Shown: positions 63,869-64,000 of the stretch, piece by piece
How positions within the stretch are numbered: position 1 is the stretch's first letter
Layout of the letters: each line of letters opens with the position of its first letter
DNA from: an uncultured Collinsella sp.
GTDB taxonomy: Bacteria; Actinomycetota; Coriobacteriia; Coriobacteriales; Coriobacteriaceae
Direction: 5' to 3'
DNA length: 64,000 nucleotides
NCBI GenBank assembly: GCA_902490405.1
Contig: CABUDS010000010.1
Span: 142 to 64,141 of the forward strand
The notes under the pieces: generated by a model
The model's input: the letters and a program-made list of their open reading frames with translations, nothing else
Databases searched by the model: none
What the model was told of the DNA's origin: nothing
Translations under genes and position numbers: made by a program

Positions 63869-64000
63869 TTAGAACTTGTTGTGGAAGGTACGCGAAATGA
63901 CCTCGTCCTGCTGCTCCTTGGTGAGCGTGTGGAAGTTCACGGCGTAGCCGGAAACGCGAATGGTCAGCTGCGGGTACTTCTCGGGGTGAGCCTGAGCGTC
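63869..64000 (-). CDS. pflB: pyruvate formate-lyase (glycyl radical enzyme), C-terminal 43 codons; gene continues beyond the window
   Basis: Hand translation: ...[43 protein letters not shown], containing the glycine-radical motif RVSGYAV. Confidence 0.9.
   Translation of the reverse strand, partial: DAQAHPEKYPQLTIRVSGYAVNFHTLTKEQQDEVISRTFHNKF

Overview
High-GC (roughly 60-70% in coding regions, judged by eye) actinobacterial-type chromosome segment. The anaerobe gene content (pyruvate formate-lyase with its activase, a giant HgdC/BcrAD-type activase fusion, DegV, a sucrose PTS, a CLC-F channel) suggests a gut Coriobacteriia or Collinsella-like organism; this is inference only. I support about 52 protein-coding genes. 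They include a DUF389 membrane protein; a TetR + 1600-aa double-activase/dehydratase fusion + 3-hydroxyacyl-CoA dehydrogenase locus; HAD, MFS and TetR genes; amtB-glnK; dxs; a 4-gene amino-acid ABC transporter plus a C26 amidotransferase; Hpt with a degenerate-GGDEF/REC/HD-GYP protein; map; a D-2-hydroxyacid dehydrogenase; an M18 aminopeptidase; a frameshifted Ntn-hydrolase pseudogene; pfkA; a MacB/FtsX-type ABC exporter; CLC-F behind a fluoride-riboswitch-like leader; an OmpR-type two-component system; ogt; asd-ask and thrC-thrB; a ~2.5 kb low-GC island; engB; mtnN; pflA; DegV; a sucrose PTS/GH32 locus with its LacI regulator; and the 3' end of pflB. I found no tRNA, rRNA, CRISPR array, transposase or integrase. 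The most unusual content is non-coding. The long intergenic regions carry at least four families of hairpin-forming repeats. Family 1 is a nested double-hairpin element of ~110-180 bp, with conserved junction and loop motifs and co-varying stems, found right after pfkA, asd, thrB and pflB. Family 2 is a 41-bp hairpin (GATAAAACCTGCCAAAATAAACCTGTCCCTTTTTGGCAGGT) in 5 intact copies that abut or bracket operons. Family 3 is a ~67-bp AGTTGCGGTGA...TCACCGCAACT inverted-repeat element in 3 copies. Family 4 is an array of six 15-17-bp boxes forming three inverted pairs upstream of the amino-acid ABC operon. There are also tandem co-varying hairpins, RBS-sequestering hairpins, and a 41-aa toxin-like small ORF flanked by palindromes. 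All coordinates were anchored on the supplied ORF track. No searches or folding calculations were run.
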